A stretch of DNA of 64,000 bases. Source: Candidatus Dormiibacterota bacterium. Its GTDB lineage: Bacteria > Chloroflexota > Dormibacteria > Aeolococcales > Aeolococcaceae. The translations under genes and the position numbers were made by a program. Every line of letters starts with the position of its first letter. Within the stretch, counting starts at the first letter, position 1. Under the pieces are notes generated by a model. That model made no database searches. It was not told the DNA's origin and was given only the letters and a program-made list of their open reading frames with translations. Positions 9,780 through 23,297 of this stretch are shown here, one piece after another. The DNA lies in assembly GCA_963718525.1 (NCBI GenBank), contig OY970355.1, positions 1,920,001 to 1,984,000 on the forward strand, read 5' to 3'.

Positions 9780-9856
9780 TGGGCCGGGATTGTAGACGAG
9801 ATCGCGAACCGCTCAACCGGCGATGGCGCGGGCCGCCGATCCGTAGAGTTGCGTCG

Positions 9857-11440
9857 ATGATCGCGGACTACCACGTGGAAGCTTTCACGGACGAGGAGCG
9901 GCAGCTGCTCGCCCCGCATGTGACCAATCTCGATCGCCCGGTGTTCGCGCTCACCAATCTTCCGCAGGTCACCGCCGCCGCGCTGTTCGCCCGGTACAGC
10001 CGCAGCTCGAAAAGCCTTCGCCGTCTCCTCGTCGACGAATTCCTTGCCGGGGGCTCGGCGGGCGCGGCAGCATCGGCCGATGCGGGGCGGGAGCGGGCGT
10101 CGGATCTCTTTGGACGTGTGCTCGCCGAATACGGGGACGACTCCGTTGCCCAGCTCGCCGGCGTGCACCTCGCGTGCGAACAGGTCTCCCAACCGCTTGC
10201 CAAGGCGATCGAATGGGGACGGCTCGCCGCCTATTTGGAGCAGTCGACGCGCTACATCCCGTACACGGATCGCCGGGACGGTCACTATCGCTACCTGCGC
10301 GACCGCGAGCTGCTCTCGTCGCCGCTCGGCGCGACCTACTCGAAGGCGATGGACCTGCTCTTCGACACGTACTCGGAGCTGCGCGAGCCACTCGCCCGGC
10401 ACCTCGACGAGACCCTGCCGCCCGAACCGGACGAGAAGGCGCGCCGCCGCGCGATCCGGGCGCTCGCGCTCGACCTGATGCGTGGACTGCTCCCGGCGGG
10501 GACGGTGAGCAACGTTGGGATGTTCGCGTCTCCCCAGGCGTACGAGCAACTCGTGCTCCGCCTTCGTGCGCACCCGCTGCCCGAGGCGCGCGCATATGCC
10601 GAGCTGATCAACGCGGAACTGCAGAAGCTCATCCCTGAGTTCCTGACGCGTCTCGATCGCCCCGACCGAGGTGCTGTGTGGGTCGCATACCTGCGCGAAA
10701 CGGCTGCCGCGCTCGCTCACCAGGCAGACGCGCTCTCCCCGGAGGGCGAATGGGGGCCCACCGGCGTGACGCTGGTGGAGTGGGACGGCGACGGCGAGGA
10801 CCGGATCCTCGCCTCAGCGCTCTTCCCGTACTCACACGCGTCGCAGGAACGGCTGCTGGCTGCGGTACGTCCGCTCTCGGATGCTCGGCGCCAGGCGCTC
10901 TTCGCGGCCGCCGTCGGGCATCGCGGCAATCGCCGCCATCGCCCCGGCCGTGGGTTCGAGCACTGTGACTACACCTTCGAGGTCGTCTCCGACTACGGCG
11001 CTTTCCGCGACCTGCAGCGCCACCGCATGCTCACGATCCAGTGGCAGGAGCTGACGCCGTCGCTGGGGTACGAGGTCCCCGATGCGGTCGTCGATGCCGG
11101 GCTCGCCGAACGCTGGCATGTCGCCGTCCGGGAGGCAGAGGCCGCGTATCGCGAGATCGCCGACACGTTCCCGCAGCAGGCCGGCTACCTGGTCACGCTC
11201 GGCCACCGCGTGCGATACGTGATCAAGCTCAACGCACGCGAGGCGATGCACATGATCGAGCTGCGCACGTCGCCGCAGGGCCATCCGAGCTACCGGCAGA
11301 TCTGCAAGGAGATGCTCCGTCTCATCGATGAGGTCGCCGGTCACCATCTGATAGCGAGGGCGGTTCGTTTTGTGGGATTGGACGACGTCCACCTGCCGCG
11401 ATACGCTGCCGAGGCCGCGAGCACGTCAACGGCTGACTGA
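9857..11440 (+). CDS. thyX: FAD-dependent thymidylate synthase, tandem two-domain form
   Basis: LFARYSRS, YGDDSVAQL, EQSTRY, FRDLQRHR, IELRTSPQGH motifs; 527 aa. Confidence 0.88.
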   Translation: MIADYHVEAFTDEERQLLAPHVTNLDRPVFALTNLPQVTAAALFARYSRSSKSLRRLLVDEFLAGGSAGAAASADAGRERASDLFGRVLAEYGDDSVAQLAGVHLACEQVSQPLAKAIEWGRLAAYLEQSTRYIPYTDRRDGHYRYLRDRELLSSPLGATYSKAMDLLFDTYSELREPLARHLDETLPPEPDEKARRRAIRALALDLMRGLLPAGTVSNVGMFASPQAYEQLVLRLRAHPLPEARAYAELINAELQKLIPEFLTRLDRPDRGAVWVAYLRETAAALAHQADALSPEGEWGPTGVTLVEWDGDGEDRILASALFPYSHASQERLLAAVRPLSDARRQALFAAAVGHRGNRRHRPGRGFEHCDYTFEVVSDYGAFRDLQRHRMLTIQWQELTPSLGYEVPDAVVDAGLAERWHVAVREAEAAYREIADTFPQQAGYLVTLGHRVRYVIKLNAREAMHMIELRTSPQGHPSYRQICKEMLRLIDEVAGHHLIARAVRFVGLDDVHLPRYAAEAASTSTAD

Positions 11441-11496
11441 GCACCCGGGCCGAGGAACGGCCGTCCACGGCCGGTACAGCATGTCAATCTGACGTC

Positions 11497-12387
11497 GTGA
11501 AGCGCCGCGTGACATCGATCGCCGGATGGGCAACACACACATATCCTGGACGGCTCATCGCCGCATTCGGCTCGAGCCAGGCGGGCAACTATGCGTCGGG
11601 TCTGGCGTTCAACGCGTTCCTCAGCATGTTCCCGCTCATCCTCGGGTTGCTCGCGATCCTCGGCTTCGCGACGCAGTCACCTGACGCCAAGATGAAGGTC
11701 CTCGACGCGATTCTCGGGTTCTTCCCGCAAACAGCCCATGCGGAGCTGGTGGCCACGTTCACCGGTGTCCAGCAGCATTCGGGGCTGCTCGGCATCGTCA
11801 GCCTGGTGGGCCTCCTATGGGGCGGCAGCAGCCTCTTCACTGGGATGGAGTTCGCGCTGAGCGTGATCATCGGTGGCCGCCAGCGCAGCTTTCTACGGCA
11901 GCGAGGCATGGCGCTGGCCATGACCATCCTGTTCGTCGTCGCCCTGGTCGCCACCGTCGGCATCAATTCGATCGTCGCGATTCCTGGAGTCATCTGGATC
12001 TTTGAGCCGGTGGTCGGCCTGCTGGTGTGGTGCGGGTTCATGCTCGCGGTGTACCGGCTGGTCCCCAACCGCACCCACCGGGTGTCGGAAACCTGGCCCG
12101 GCGTGGTCATCGCCGGGACCGCGATGGAGATCCTCACGCTGCTGTGGCCCCTGTACGGACGCCTTTCCCACAACTTTTCGACGTATGGCTCGACCTTCGC
12201 CCTGTTCTTCGTGCTCGCCAGCTGGCTGTACTTCCTGGCTCAGTTCATCCTGCTCGGCGCCGTCGCCAACCGCATGCACGCCGGCGAGCCGGATGCTCGC
12301 GGCCTTCTCGGCGAACGGCCGGCCAGTCGACAGAAGGTCGCAGAAGCGTCTCGGACCGGTGGCGAGGTTTCCCGGACGGGGGCGTGA
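11497..12387 (+). CDS. YihY/virulence factor BrkB-family membrane protein
   Basis: ASGLAFNAFLSMFPLIL, YRLVPNR, YGSTFA...WLYFLAQFILLGA. Confidence 0.88.
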   Translation: MKRRVTSIAGWATHTYPGRLIAAFGSSQAGNYASGLAFNAFLSMFPLILGLLAILGFATQSPDAKMKVLDAILGFFPQTAHAELVATFTGVQQHSGLLGIVSLVGLLWGGSSLFTGMEFALSVIIGGRQRSFLRQRGMALAMTILFVVALVATVGINSIVAIPGVIWIFEPVVGLLVWCGFMLAVYRLVPNRTHRVSETWPGVVIAGTAMEILTLLWPLYGRLSHNFSTYGSTFALFFVLASWLYFLAQFILLGAVANRMHAGEPDARGLLGERPASRQKVAEASRTGGEVSRTGA

Positions 12388-12405
12388 CGTATGATTGGGA
12401 GCACC

Positions 12406-12795
12406 ATGGCAATCACCTCTCCCTCGATCGTCACGATCTCCGACACCGCCCGTGAGCAGCTCAAGGGTCTCATCGCCGACCAGCCTGCCGACCGCGCACT
12501 CGGACTTCGGGTCTTCATCCAGTCTGGTGGATGCTCAGGCTTCTCGTACGGCATGGGCCTGGATGAGAATCCACCCCGCGACGACGACCAGGTTGTCGAC
12601 GTCGATGGAGGCATCAAGGTGTATGTGGATGCGTACTCGTCGCAGTACCTCCAGGGCGCCGAGATCGATTACGTCGACGAGCTGATGGGTGGCGGATTCA
12701 CCATCCACAATCCCAACGCCGTTCGCACTTGCGGTTGTGGTCACTCGTTCCAGACTGCAGACTCCGCGGGCGAAGCCAAGTCCTGCTCCCACTGA
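12406..12795 (+). CDS. A-type Fe-S cluster carrier (IscA/ErpA/SufA family)
   Basis: GGCSGFSY and NPNAVRTCGCGHSF motifs. Confidence 0.93.
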   Translation: MAITSPSIVTISDTAREQLKGLIADQPADRALGLRVFIQSGGCSGFSYGMGLDENPPRDDDQVVDVDGGIKVYVDAYSSQYLQGAEIDYVDELMGGGFTIHNPNAVRTCGCGHSFQTADSAGEAKSCSH

Positions 12796-12839
12796 GGGAG
12801 TTCTGACCGGCGGCTGGCCGGCGCTGCATCCGTCTGGGC

Positions 12840-14261
12840 TCAGGCGACAGGCACGGCGCTCGTCGCATCCGCGGTGCGGCGCATCGTTGAGGCTGCGTCG
12901 CGGTCTTTGATGGCGAGGGCGATGATGGCGCCGACCAGGGTGAATCCGGCGGCGGCGAAGAAGGCGATACGGAACACGGTGACGTTGCCTGCGAGGCTCG
13001 CAGTCCCGCTCTGGGTGCCGATGATGGTCGAGAGCGTCGCCACGCCGAGGGCGGCCGCGAGCTGGCGCTGGGCGTTGTAGAGCGCGGTGGCTCGCCCTGT
13101 GTCACGGGGCGAGATCTGCGCGAAGACACCGGCGTTCATCGAGATCACCACGTATGCCCATCCCACACCGACGAAGAACATCACCACTCGGAAGACCCAG
13201 AGGTTGCCGTTCAGCAGGAATGCAAGCAGGGAGGTCGCGACGGTGACGCCGACCAGGCCCCCGCTGATGAGACGGCGAGGCCCGATGCGTGGGTAGAGGC
13301 GCCCGACCAGCTGCGACGAGACCAGCACCCCGAGCGCTTCCGGAGCTGTGCTCGACCCGGACACGAGAGCGGAGAGTCCGCGGCCGGTCTGCAGCCAGAT
13401 CGGCGCGACGAAGAGCAGCCCGAGGAATCCCGCGGCGGCGAACAGTGACGCGAGGTTGGCCACCCCGAAGAGGCGGTTGCGCAGCAGCCTGAAGTCGATC
13501 ATCGGTTGCTCGGTATGCAGCTCCACCCAGACGAGCGCGGCGATGAGCGCCGCTCCGCCCACCGCGGTGACGACGATGAGCGGCGACGCCCAGCCGAGGG
13601 TCGCCGCCTCGCTGAGCGCGTAGAGGAAGAGTCCAAAGCCGAGGGCCGCCAGGAGAAAGCCCGGCAGGTCGAAACGCTCCCCGGCGCGCTCGCGATGCTC
13701 GGTGAGCTGCAGCGCGCTGAAGACCAGGGCGGCGAGGCCGATCGGGACGTTCACGAAGAACACCCAGCGCCAGGATAGGCTGTCGACGAGCGCGCCCCCG
13801 ATGAGGGGTCCAAGGGCCGGCGCCATCACGGTGGGGATCACGAGGATGCGCGCGACTCGCGCACGCTGCGCGGGCGGGTAGGCGCGGTACAGCATCGCCA
13901 TGCCCACCGGCGTGAGCATGCCGCCGCCCGCGCCCTGGAGAACGCGGAACAGCACCAGTTCGACCAGCGACTGGGACAGCCCGCAGAGCGCCGACGCGGC
14001 CGTGAACAGCAGGACCGCCGCAATGAAGGTGCGCTTGGTGCCGAAGCGATCACCGACCCATCCCGAGGCGGGGATCCAGACGGCGAGACTCACCAGGTAG
14101 CCGACCACGACGCCGTCGGTCGCCGCAGGACTCACGCTGAAGTTGCGAGCGATCGCCGGCAGCGCGACATAGACGATCGTCGCATCCATGATCGTCATGA
14201 ACATGGCGACGACGTAGATCATCGCGATGATCTGCTGGTAGGAGAGTCGCACCCCGCGCAC
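12840..14261 (-). CDS. DHA2 (EmrB/QacA) MFS multidrug transporter
   Basis: MDATIVYVALPAI, GWVGDRFGTKR, APALGPLIGG, WRWVFFVNVPIG; start approximate. Confidence 0.9.
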   Translation of the reverse strand: MRGVRLSYQQIIAMIYVVAMFMTIMDATIVYVALPAIARNFSVSPAATDGVVVGYLVSLAVWIPASGWVGDRFGTKRTFIAAVLLFTAASALCGLSQSLVELVLFRVLQGAGGGMLTPVGMAMLYRAYPPAQRARVARILVIPTVMAPALGPLIGGALVDSLSWRWVFFVNVPIGLAALVFSALQLTEHRERAGERFDLPGFLLAALGFGLFLYALSEAATLGWASPLIVVTAVGGAALIAALVWVELHTEQPMIDFRLLRNRLFGVANLASLFAAAGFLGLLFVAPIWLQTGRGLSALVSGSSTAPEALGVLVSSQLVGRLYPRIGPRRLISGGLVGVTVATSLLAFLLNGNLWVFRVVMFFVGVGWAYVVISMNAGVFAQISPRDTGRATALYNAQRQLAAALGVATLSTIIGTQSGTASLAGNVTVFRIAFFAAAGFTLVGAIIALAIKDRDAASTMRRTADATSAVPVA

Positions 14262-14344
14262 GCCACCATCCTCGCTCAGGCGTCTCGATCGCCGCCTCGG
14301 CACGCCCCTGTTTGGCTCGAGAGCGTGCGGGTAAGCTTGACGCC

Positions 14345-14803
14345 ATGGAAGTCAAGGAACTCGGTCACATCGTCCTGTACGTTCACAACATCGAGCGATC
14401 CGCCACGTTCTACGGCGACGTCCTCGGCTGGAAGCGGCTCGTGGCCGCCGAGGGCGGCCCCTTGGGCCGCGTGCCGGTTGCCCTGTTCAGCAGCGGCCGG
14501 ACGCATCATGAGTTGCTGCTCATCGAGGTGGGCGAGGACGCGCAGGACCTGCCGCGCGGCAGGCACGTCGGTCTCTATCACTTCGGCCTCAAGGTGGGGG
14601 ACACCGACGACGAGTTGCGCGACGCGATACGCCGCTGTCAGGAGGCGGGCGTGCAGATCGTCGGCACCAGTGACCACACCGTCAGCCACAGCCTGTACAT
14701 CGTCGATCCCGATGGCAACGAGATCGAGCTGTATATCGACGTCCCCGGCGTGAGCTGGGACCTGGAACATGTCATGGCGCCCGTGAAGGCGCTTGCTCTG
14801 TAA
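14345..14803 (+). CDS. VOC/glyoxalase-family protein
   Basis: LGHIVLYV, HHELLL, GLYHFG, YIVDPDGNEIELY. Confidence 0.9.
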   Translation: MEVKELGHIVLYVHNIERSATFYGDVLGWKRLVAAEGGPLGRVPVALFSSGRTHHELLLIEVGEDAQDLPRGRHVGLYHFGLKVGDTDDELRDAIRRCQEAGVQIVGTSDHTVSHSLYIVDPDGNEIELYIDVPGVSWDLEHVMAPVKALAL

Positions 14804-14815
14804 GGAATTTCGACC

Positions 14816-15781
14816 ATGCCAGCTGTGACCGTCGACGACATCTCCGCGCTGCCCCACATCCCTCAGCCTGATCCGACCGCCACGTCGTTCCGTCCGGTGA
14901 TCAGCGTGACCACCGCGCCACGCGGCTTCGAGGGTGAGGGGTTCCCGGTGCACCGCGCGTTCGCCGGTACCGATCCGGCACTCATCGATCCGTTCATTCA
15001 CATGGATCAGATGGGCGAGGTCGAATACGCGCCGGGCGAGCCCAAGGGAACGCCATGGCATCCGCATCGCGGCTTCGAAACGGTGACCTACATGATCGAT
15101 GGGACGTTTCAACACCAGGACAGCAACGGTGGTGGCGGCCTGATCACCAATGGCGACACGCAGTGGATGACGGCCGGCGCGGGCATCCTGCACATCGAGC
15201 GTCCGCCGGAAGAGCTCATCGCCAGTGGCGGTCTCTTCCACGGATTCCAGTTGTGGGTGAACCTTCCCGCCGCGCAGAAGTGGGTGCCCGCCCGCTATCA
15301 GGACATCCGCGCGGGCAACGTCGCGCTGCTGACCTCGTACGACGGGGGTGCGCTGTTGCGGGTCATCGCCGGCGAGGTCGCCGGTCATCGTGGACCTGGC
15401 GTCACCTACACCCCGATATCGCTAGCGCACGTCACCGTGAGCCCCGGGGCGCGGCTCGTGCTGCCCTGGCCGCGTGATTTCAACGCCCTGGTGTATGCGC
15501 TCTCCGGCAGTGGAACCGTCGGTGAGGAGCGACGTCCGATTGAGTCCGGTCAGCTCGCCGCACTCGGCGCGGGCGACGTCATCACGGCCACCGCTGGAAC
15601 CCACCAGGAGAGCCGGCATCCGAACCTGGACCTGCTCATCCTCGGCGGCAGCCCGATCCGCGAACCGGTGGCGCACTACGGCCCGTTCGTCATGAACACG
15701 CACGCGGAGATCGCGCAGGCGCTCGCCGACTACCAGTCCGGCAAGATGGGCGCCGTTCCTGCGAACCACATCGGGAACTGA
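14816..15781 (+). CDS. Pirin-family protein
   Basis: DPFIHMD, HPHRGFETVTY, QWMTAGAGILHIE, YGPFVMNT. Confidence 0.93.
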   Translation: MPAVTVDDISALPHIPQPDPTATSFRPVISVTTAPRGFEGEGFPVHRAFAGTDPALIDPFIHMDQMGEVEYAPGEPKGTPWHPHRGFETVTYMIDGTFQHQDSNGGGGLITNGDTQWMTAGAGILHIERPPEELIASGGLFHGFQLWVNLPAAQKWVPARYQDIRAGNVALLTSYDGGALLRVIAGEVAGHRGPGVTYTPISLAHVTVSPGARLVLPWPRDFNALVYALSGSGTVGEERRPIESGQLAALGAGDVITATAGTHQESRHPNLDLLILGGSPIREPVAHYGPFVMNTHAEIAQALADYQSGKMGAVPANHIGN

Positions 15782-15782
15782 C

Positions 15783-17240
15783 CTACAGGCCGTACGTCTC
15801 GAGGAGCCGGAGCCAGATCTCGCTGATCGTCGGGTACGACGGCACGGCGTGCCAGAGCCGGTCGAGCGGCACCTGGCCGACCACGGCAACCGTTGCGGCG
15901 TGGATGAGGTCGCCGACCCCCGGCCCCGCGAAGGTCACCCCGACGATGACCTTGCGATCCTCGTCGACCACCATCCGCGCGCGGCCGGCATAGCCGTCCG
16001 CGAGCAACTCCGCTCCTGATACCTCGCCGATCTCGTAGTCGACCGCGCGCACCCGCAGGCCGGCGGCAACCGCGCCCGCGTGGGTGAGGCCCACCGCGGA
16101 CACTTCGGGATCGGTGAAGACCACCTGGGGTATCGCGCCGTGATCCGCAGTTGCGCTGAAGGCGGACCAGGGCGGCGGATCGCCCGTCAGCTCGCCCTTG
16201 GCGCGGGCCACGATGGCGTCGCCGCAGGCGCGCGCCTGATATTTGCCCATGTGGGTGAGCAGCGCTCGGTGGTTGAGATCCCCCGCGGCGTAGAGCCAGT
16301 CACCGCCGCCCTCCACCCGACACGTGTCGTCGACGTTGAGCCATGAGCCGGGCCGGAGGCCGACGCTGTCGAGGCCGACCTCGTCGGTGCGGGGCGCCCG
16401 GCCGGTGGCCACCAGGAGCTCGTCGCCCGTGAGTGTCCTCCGGTTGCCGCCATCGCCATCGGCGATGTCCACGGAGATCTCGCCCCCGGCTGCACGTGTG
16501 ACCCGCTCGGTGGCGGTGCTGAGCAGCACATCGATGCCGCGCCTCTCGAAGGACGCGAGCACCGCCTCACCCGCGAAGTCCTCGGTGTTGCCGAGGATCC
16601 GGTCGTCGCGGACGACGAGCGTCACCTCCTCGCTGCCGAGGCTCTTGAATGCGTCGGCCATCTCGCAGGCGACGACGCCGCCGCCGATGATGACGAGGCG
16701 GCGGGGCACCACCTGGGCGCTGGTGGCCTCATGGCTGGTCCACGCATGGGCGGATTCGATACCGGGAATCGGCGGGATCGAGGCCCTGCTGCCGGTGCAC
16801 AGCGCGACGGCATACCGAGCGGCGAGTGTGAACTCGGGACCTTCTGCCGGGGTCACGGTGACCCGCAGCTTCCCCGCGAGACGCCCCCTGCCTCGAGCCA
16901 GGTCGATCGGCTGGCGGTCCAGCCACTGGACCTGGCTGTCGTCCTTCCAATGAGAAGTGAAGCTGTCACGGCGGCGGAAGACGGCTGCGCTGTCGAGGGT
17001 GCCGGTGACCGCCTGCCTGGCGCCGTCGACCGCCAGCGCCGCGCGCAGCGCCTGCCCGCTGCGGAGGAGCGCCTTGCTCGGCATGCATGCCCAGTAGGAG
17101 CACTCACCGCCGACCAGCTCGCTCTCGACCACCGCGCAGGTCAGACCGCCTCTGACCACGCGACCGGCGACGTTCTCGCCGGTCGATCCCGCTCCCACGA
17201 CGACAACGTCGTACTCACCGTCGTGATCGATCACAGGCAT
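15783..17240 (-). CDS. Class-I pyridine nucleotide-disulfide oxidoreductase (Lpd/MerA-like)
   Basis: GGECSYWACMPSK redox disulfide, GGGVVACE, ATGRAP, VVFTDPE. Confidence 0.88.
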   Translation of the reverse strand: MPVIDHDGEYDVVVVGAGSTGENVAGRVVRGGLTCAVVESELVGGECSYWACMPSKALLRSGQALRAALAVDGARQAVTGTLDSAAVFRRRDSFTSHWKDDSQVQWLDRQPIDLARGRGRLAGKLRVTVTPAEGPEFTLAARYAVALCTGSRASIPPIPGIESAHAWTSHEATSAQVVPRRLVIIGGGVVACEMADAFKSLGSEEVTLVVRDDRILGNTEDFAGEAVLASFERRGIDVLLSTATERVTRAAGGEISVDIADGDGGNRRTLTGDELLVATGRAPRTDEVGLDSVGLRPGSWLNVDDTCRVEGGGDWLYAAGDLNHRALLTHMGKYQARACGDAIVARAKGELTGDPPPWSAFSATADHGAIPQVVFTDPEVSAVGLTHAGAVAAGLRVRAVDYEIGEVSGAELLADGYAGRARMVVDEDRKVIVGVTFAGPGVGDLIHAATVAVVGQVPLDRLWHAVPSYPTISEIWLRLLETYGL

Positions 17241-17279
17241 GGGTGCCCCTCCAGGTGGTGATGCGCTGCCGTGGCTGTC

Positions 17280-19774
<2,495 letters not shown>

Positions 19775-19779
19775 CGCCG

Positions 19780-20523
19780 GTGGCGCTACCCGAGGTCGAC
19801 GTCAGCCTGACGATCCCGGCCCACAACGAGGCTGAGAACATCGGACGCGTCCTCCGGGATGTCATGGCGGTCCTGTCCCAGGAGGGGAGGGCCTACGAGA
19901 TCGTCCTCGTGGACGACGCCAGCCAGGACGACACGGTTGGTGCTGCGCGACGGGCCATGGGCGAGGCGGCGAGGAACCTGACCGTTGTGACCCACAAGCA
20001 GCAGCGCGGCTACGCGGTGACCGTCTGCGACGGGCTCCGCGCGTCGCGGGGCAGGATCCTCGCCTTCATGGACGGCGACGGCCAGTTTGATCCGGCCGAC
20101 CTGGGGAGGCTGATCGCCGGGCTCGACCGCGCGGACATGGTGGCCGGGATCCGCAACCGCCGAGCCGACCCGTGGTATCGATCATTTGTCAGCGGCGTGT
20201 ACAACCGCATGGTTCGCCTCGCCTTCGGTATCCGTGAGCTCGACTTCGATTGCGGGCTCAAGGTTTTCACCCGCGCGCTCTGGGATGCCGTCACCCCCAT
20301 CCGCGCTCGGTCGGCGGTGTTCAATCCGGAGATGTTCTTCAAGGCTCACCGGCTGGGATTCCGGGTGATCCAGATGCGCGTCGAGCACCTGCCCCGGCTG
20401 GCCGGCCGCCGGTCGGGAGGACGGCTGATCCCCGTGGCTCGAGCCATGCGCGACGTGATTCGTCTGCGGGTGTCACTCGCGATGACCTGGCGACCGGAGG
20501 GCGCCCGCCGGGAGCGAGTCTAG
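19780..20523 (+). CDS. GT2 glycosyltransferase, polyprenol-phosphate glycosyltransferase (DPM1/GtrB-like)
   Basis: IPAHNEAENI, VDDASQD, MDGDGQFDP, DFDCGLK. Confidence 0.88.
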   Translation: MALPEVDVSLTIPAHNEAENIGRVLRDVMAVLSQEGRAYEIVLVDDASQDDTVGAARRAMGEAARNLTVVTHKQQRGYAVTVCDGLRASRGRILAFMDGDGQFDPADLGRLIAGLDRADMVAGIRNRRADPWYRSFVSGVYNRMVRLAFGIRELDFDCGLKVFTRALWDAVTPIRARSAVFNPEMFFKAHRLGFRVIQMRVEHLPRLAGRRSGGRLIPVARAMRDVIRLRVSLAMTWRPEGARRERV

Positions 20524-22061
20524 GTGCGCAGAGCGGCGATTCCAGGATTGCTCGTCCTGGCCGTGCTCCGGCTGCCGTCGCTCATGGAGCCGCACTGGTA
20601 CACCGACGAGGCGGGGTACCTGAATGTTGCCCGTGAGCTGCTCAAGGGCAAGGTGCTCTACTCGCAGACCTGGAACAACAAGCCCCCGCTGATGCTCTGG
20701 ACGATCGCTCTCGACGTGAAGCTGTTCGGGTCGAGCGAGATCGCGCTCCATGTCCTGACGCTCATCAGCGGCGTGGTGGCGATCCTCGCCATCGTGTGGG
20801 CGGCGACGCGCCTCTACACACCGCGACGTGCACTGGTCGCCGGCGTGATCGCCGCGGTCATCCTGGGGACGCCGCTGGTGGACGCTGAACTGGCGCTCCC
20901 CGAGAGCCTGATGATCGCGCCGCTTTCATGGGCCGGCGCGATTGTTCTGATCAGGATTTACCGGGGCGATCCGAGCGATCATCCGCGCCGGATCCCGCGC
21001 TGGCCGCTCGTGGTCGGCGTGCTCATGGCTGCAGCGGTCGCCTACCAGCAAACCGCGGTAGCCGAGACGTCGGCATTCTTCCTGGCGATGCTCGTCGCCC
21101 CGAAGCTGCTACGCCGTGACGCCTTCATCTTTCTCGGCACGGTCGCCGCGATCACCTGCGTCTGGCTGTCTGCGGCGATCATCACAGCCGGGGCGGGCAA
21201 TGTCGCGTTCGCCCTTGCCGGTTTCTACGTGGGCTACACGAAGCAGACGCTCCCCACGAGCGCTCTTGGTGGCTTCGCGCATTTCGCCCTGGCCGGTGGG
21301 GCGGCGCTGCTCATCGCTGTCGGGGCGATCCTGAGCCGTCATCGCCCACGAGTTCGACTGGGTGCTCGCACTCTGGGCCGGAGCGACCCTGGTCGTGACC
21401 GCGGTGGCCGGCCAGCAGTATCCGCACTTCCTGGAGCCGGCGGTCGCACCGCTCACGCTGCTCGCTGCAGGCATCGCCCTGCCCTCGAGGAGCTGGATCG
21501 GCGCCGGCGGCCCGCGGTCGCTGGCCGGCCCAGCCCTGCAGGCTGCCGGCCTGGTGATCGCGATCCTGATGGCGAAGGTCGCCGGGTTGGACTGGGTGCC
21601 GGTCACGCCGTCGGCGACCAACTCCCACACCCTGAGCGACTACTACGGGGGCGCAGTCGTCGCGGCATTCGACCCGACCTGGCGGACGCAGTGGCTCGAT
21701 CATTTCGACTACCGGGTCGCCGGCGATGCCAACGCCGCGGCGTGGATCACCGCGCACGGGTTCAGCGGGGACACCGCGGTCGTCTGGTCGTATGAACTCG
21801 TGGGTCTATGCGCTTGCAGACTTGCAGATCGTCATGCGCACTCCGCCCATCTACAACGATGAGGTGCTGCTCGGGTATGGCGGCCCGGTCGAGCAGTACG
21901 TCGCGAAACAGCGACCCGTGTTGATCGTCGTCAACTCCGGCGCGCAGGTGCTCTTTCCGGAGATCGGCACGCTGCTTGACAGCGGCGACTACGTCGACGA
22001 GTACCACAGCGGCCCCGACACCGTCTGGGTTCGGGCGGACAGCGCCCAGCGACTCCCGTGA
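20524..22061 (+). CDS. GT-C fold membrane glycosyltransferase (ArnT/PMT-like), two +1 frameshifts (~21352, ~21795)
   Basis: WYTDEAGY acidic loop, LYSQTWNNKPP, many TM helices, YPHF; removing two bases gives a continuous 511-aa ORF. Confidence 0.78.
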
Positions 22062-23297
22062 ACCCCATGACTTCCGCGGCTCGCTCGCCCTGGTATCGCG
22101 CCGACCGGGTGCTGCTCGGCGCAGCGCTCGCGATCTTCGTCGGGTTCGCGATCGCCTACACACGCATCACGCCGGTGGGTGCCTCGCCCGACGAGCTGTC
22201 CCACCTCCACTACATCAACGGCATCGCCGATCACCTCCGGCTGCCGCCGGCGGGTGAGCCGGAGCGCCAGCAGCCCCCCCTCTACTACCTCCTGGGAGCA
22301 ATCGTCGCGAAGCTCACCGGCGATGACCCGCGCCTGATCCGGTTGGTCTCCGTGGTTCTCGGCGTGCTGACCATCCTCACGGTCTACGCGGTAGGGCGCC
22401 GTCTCTTTCCGCTCAGGCCCGCGCTCGCGGTCGGGGCTGCCGCACTGGTGGCGCTGCTCCCCGAGGCCCAGTACCTCGCCGGGGCGATCAATGACGACAA
22501 CCTCGCGTGGCTCGCGGGTGCGCTCCTCGTGCTGGCGGGCGTCGTCGTGATGCAGAGCACGCAGCTGACCCCGCGCCTCGCCCTCGGGGTTGGGCTCGCA
22601 GTCGCGCTCGCGGTGCTCGCCAAGGAAACCGTCTGGGTCCTGGCGGCACTGCTCCTGCTCGTTGTCGTCGTGCGTTTCGCCCGCCAGCTGCGTGCTGTCC
22701 ATGTGACAGCCCTGGTCCTGCCCGCGATCGTGCTGGCGGGATGGTGGTTCGTGCGCAACGCAGTGGAATTCGGCAGCCCGCTCCCGCCGCTGCACCCGAT
22801 CACCGCGCAGCGTCAGGTGTTCGAACTCGTTCGCCCAGGTGCGCGGCTACATCGCCGCGACGGCCGTGAGCCTGGTGGGCATGTACGGCAACGGGGCGCA
22901 CCTGGTGGCGATCTCGATCCTCGGGATCCGGCCACTGCCGAGCACGCTCGCCATCGCCGTCATCGCGGTCGTCGCCCTGGCGGCATGCGTCGCGGTGGCA
23001 CGCTCCTGGGCGCGATGGGACACGACGCGCCGGGGCGTCGCGATCGTGCTGCTCGCCGTGCTCATGGTGGCGGCAGCGCAGTCGTTGCTGAACTCGGCCA
23101 CGTTCGATCTCCAGCCGCAGGCCCGCTATCTCCTCGTGGCCGTGGCAGCCGCCGCGCCGATCACGGCCTGGACGATCGCCTGGCGCCGGGCCGGCCCGCT
23201 CTCCCAGGCGCGAGGCGCGGCGATCGCTCTCCTCGTGGCCGTGGCGCTGGTGCTCGATGTCTCCGGCCTCATGACCGCCGCCCACGCGGCTGCGTGA
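22058..23297 (+). CDS. GT-C fold membrane glycosyltransferase (GT39/DUF2142-like), +1 frameshift at ~22824
   Basis: SPDELSHLHYI, QPPLYY, INDD, WWFVRN, QARYL; removing one base gives 412 aa. Confidence 0.78.

Noticed and set aside
20524-23297. Calling the two GT-C genes pseudogenes
   Set aside because: All three breaks are the same motif-specific +1 insertion and there are no other signs of decay, so a sequencing artefact is more likely.
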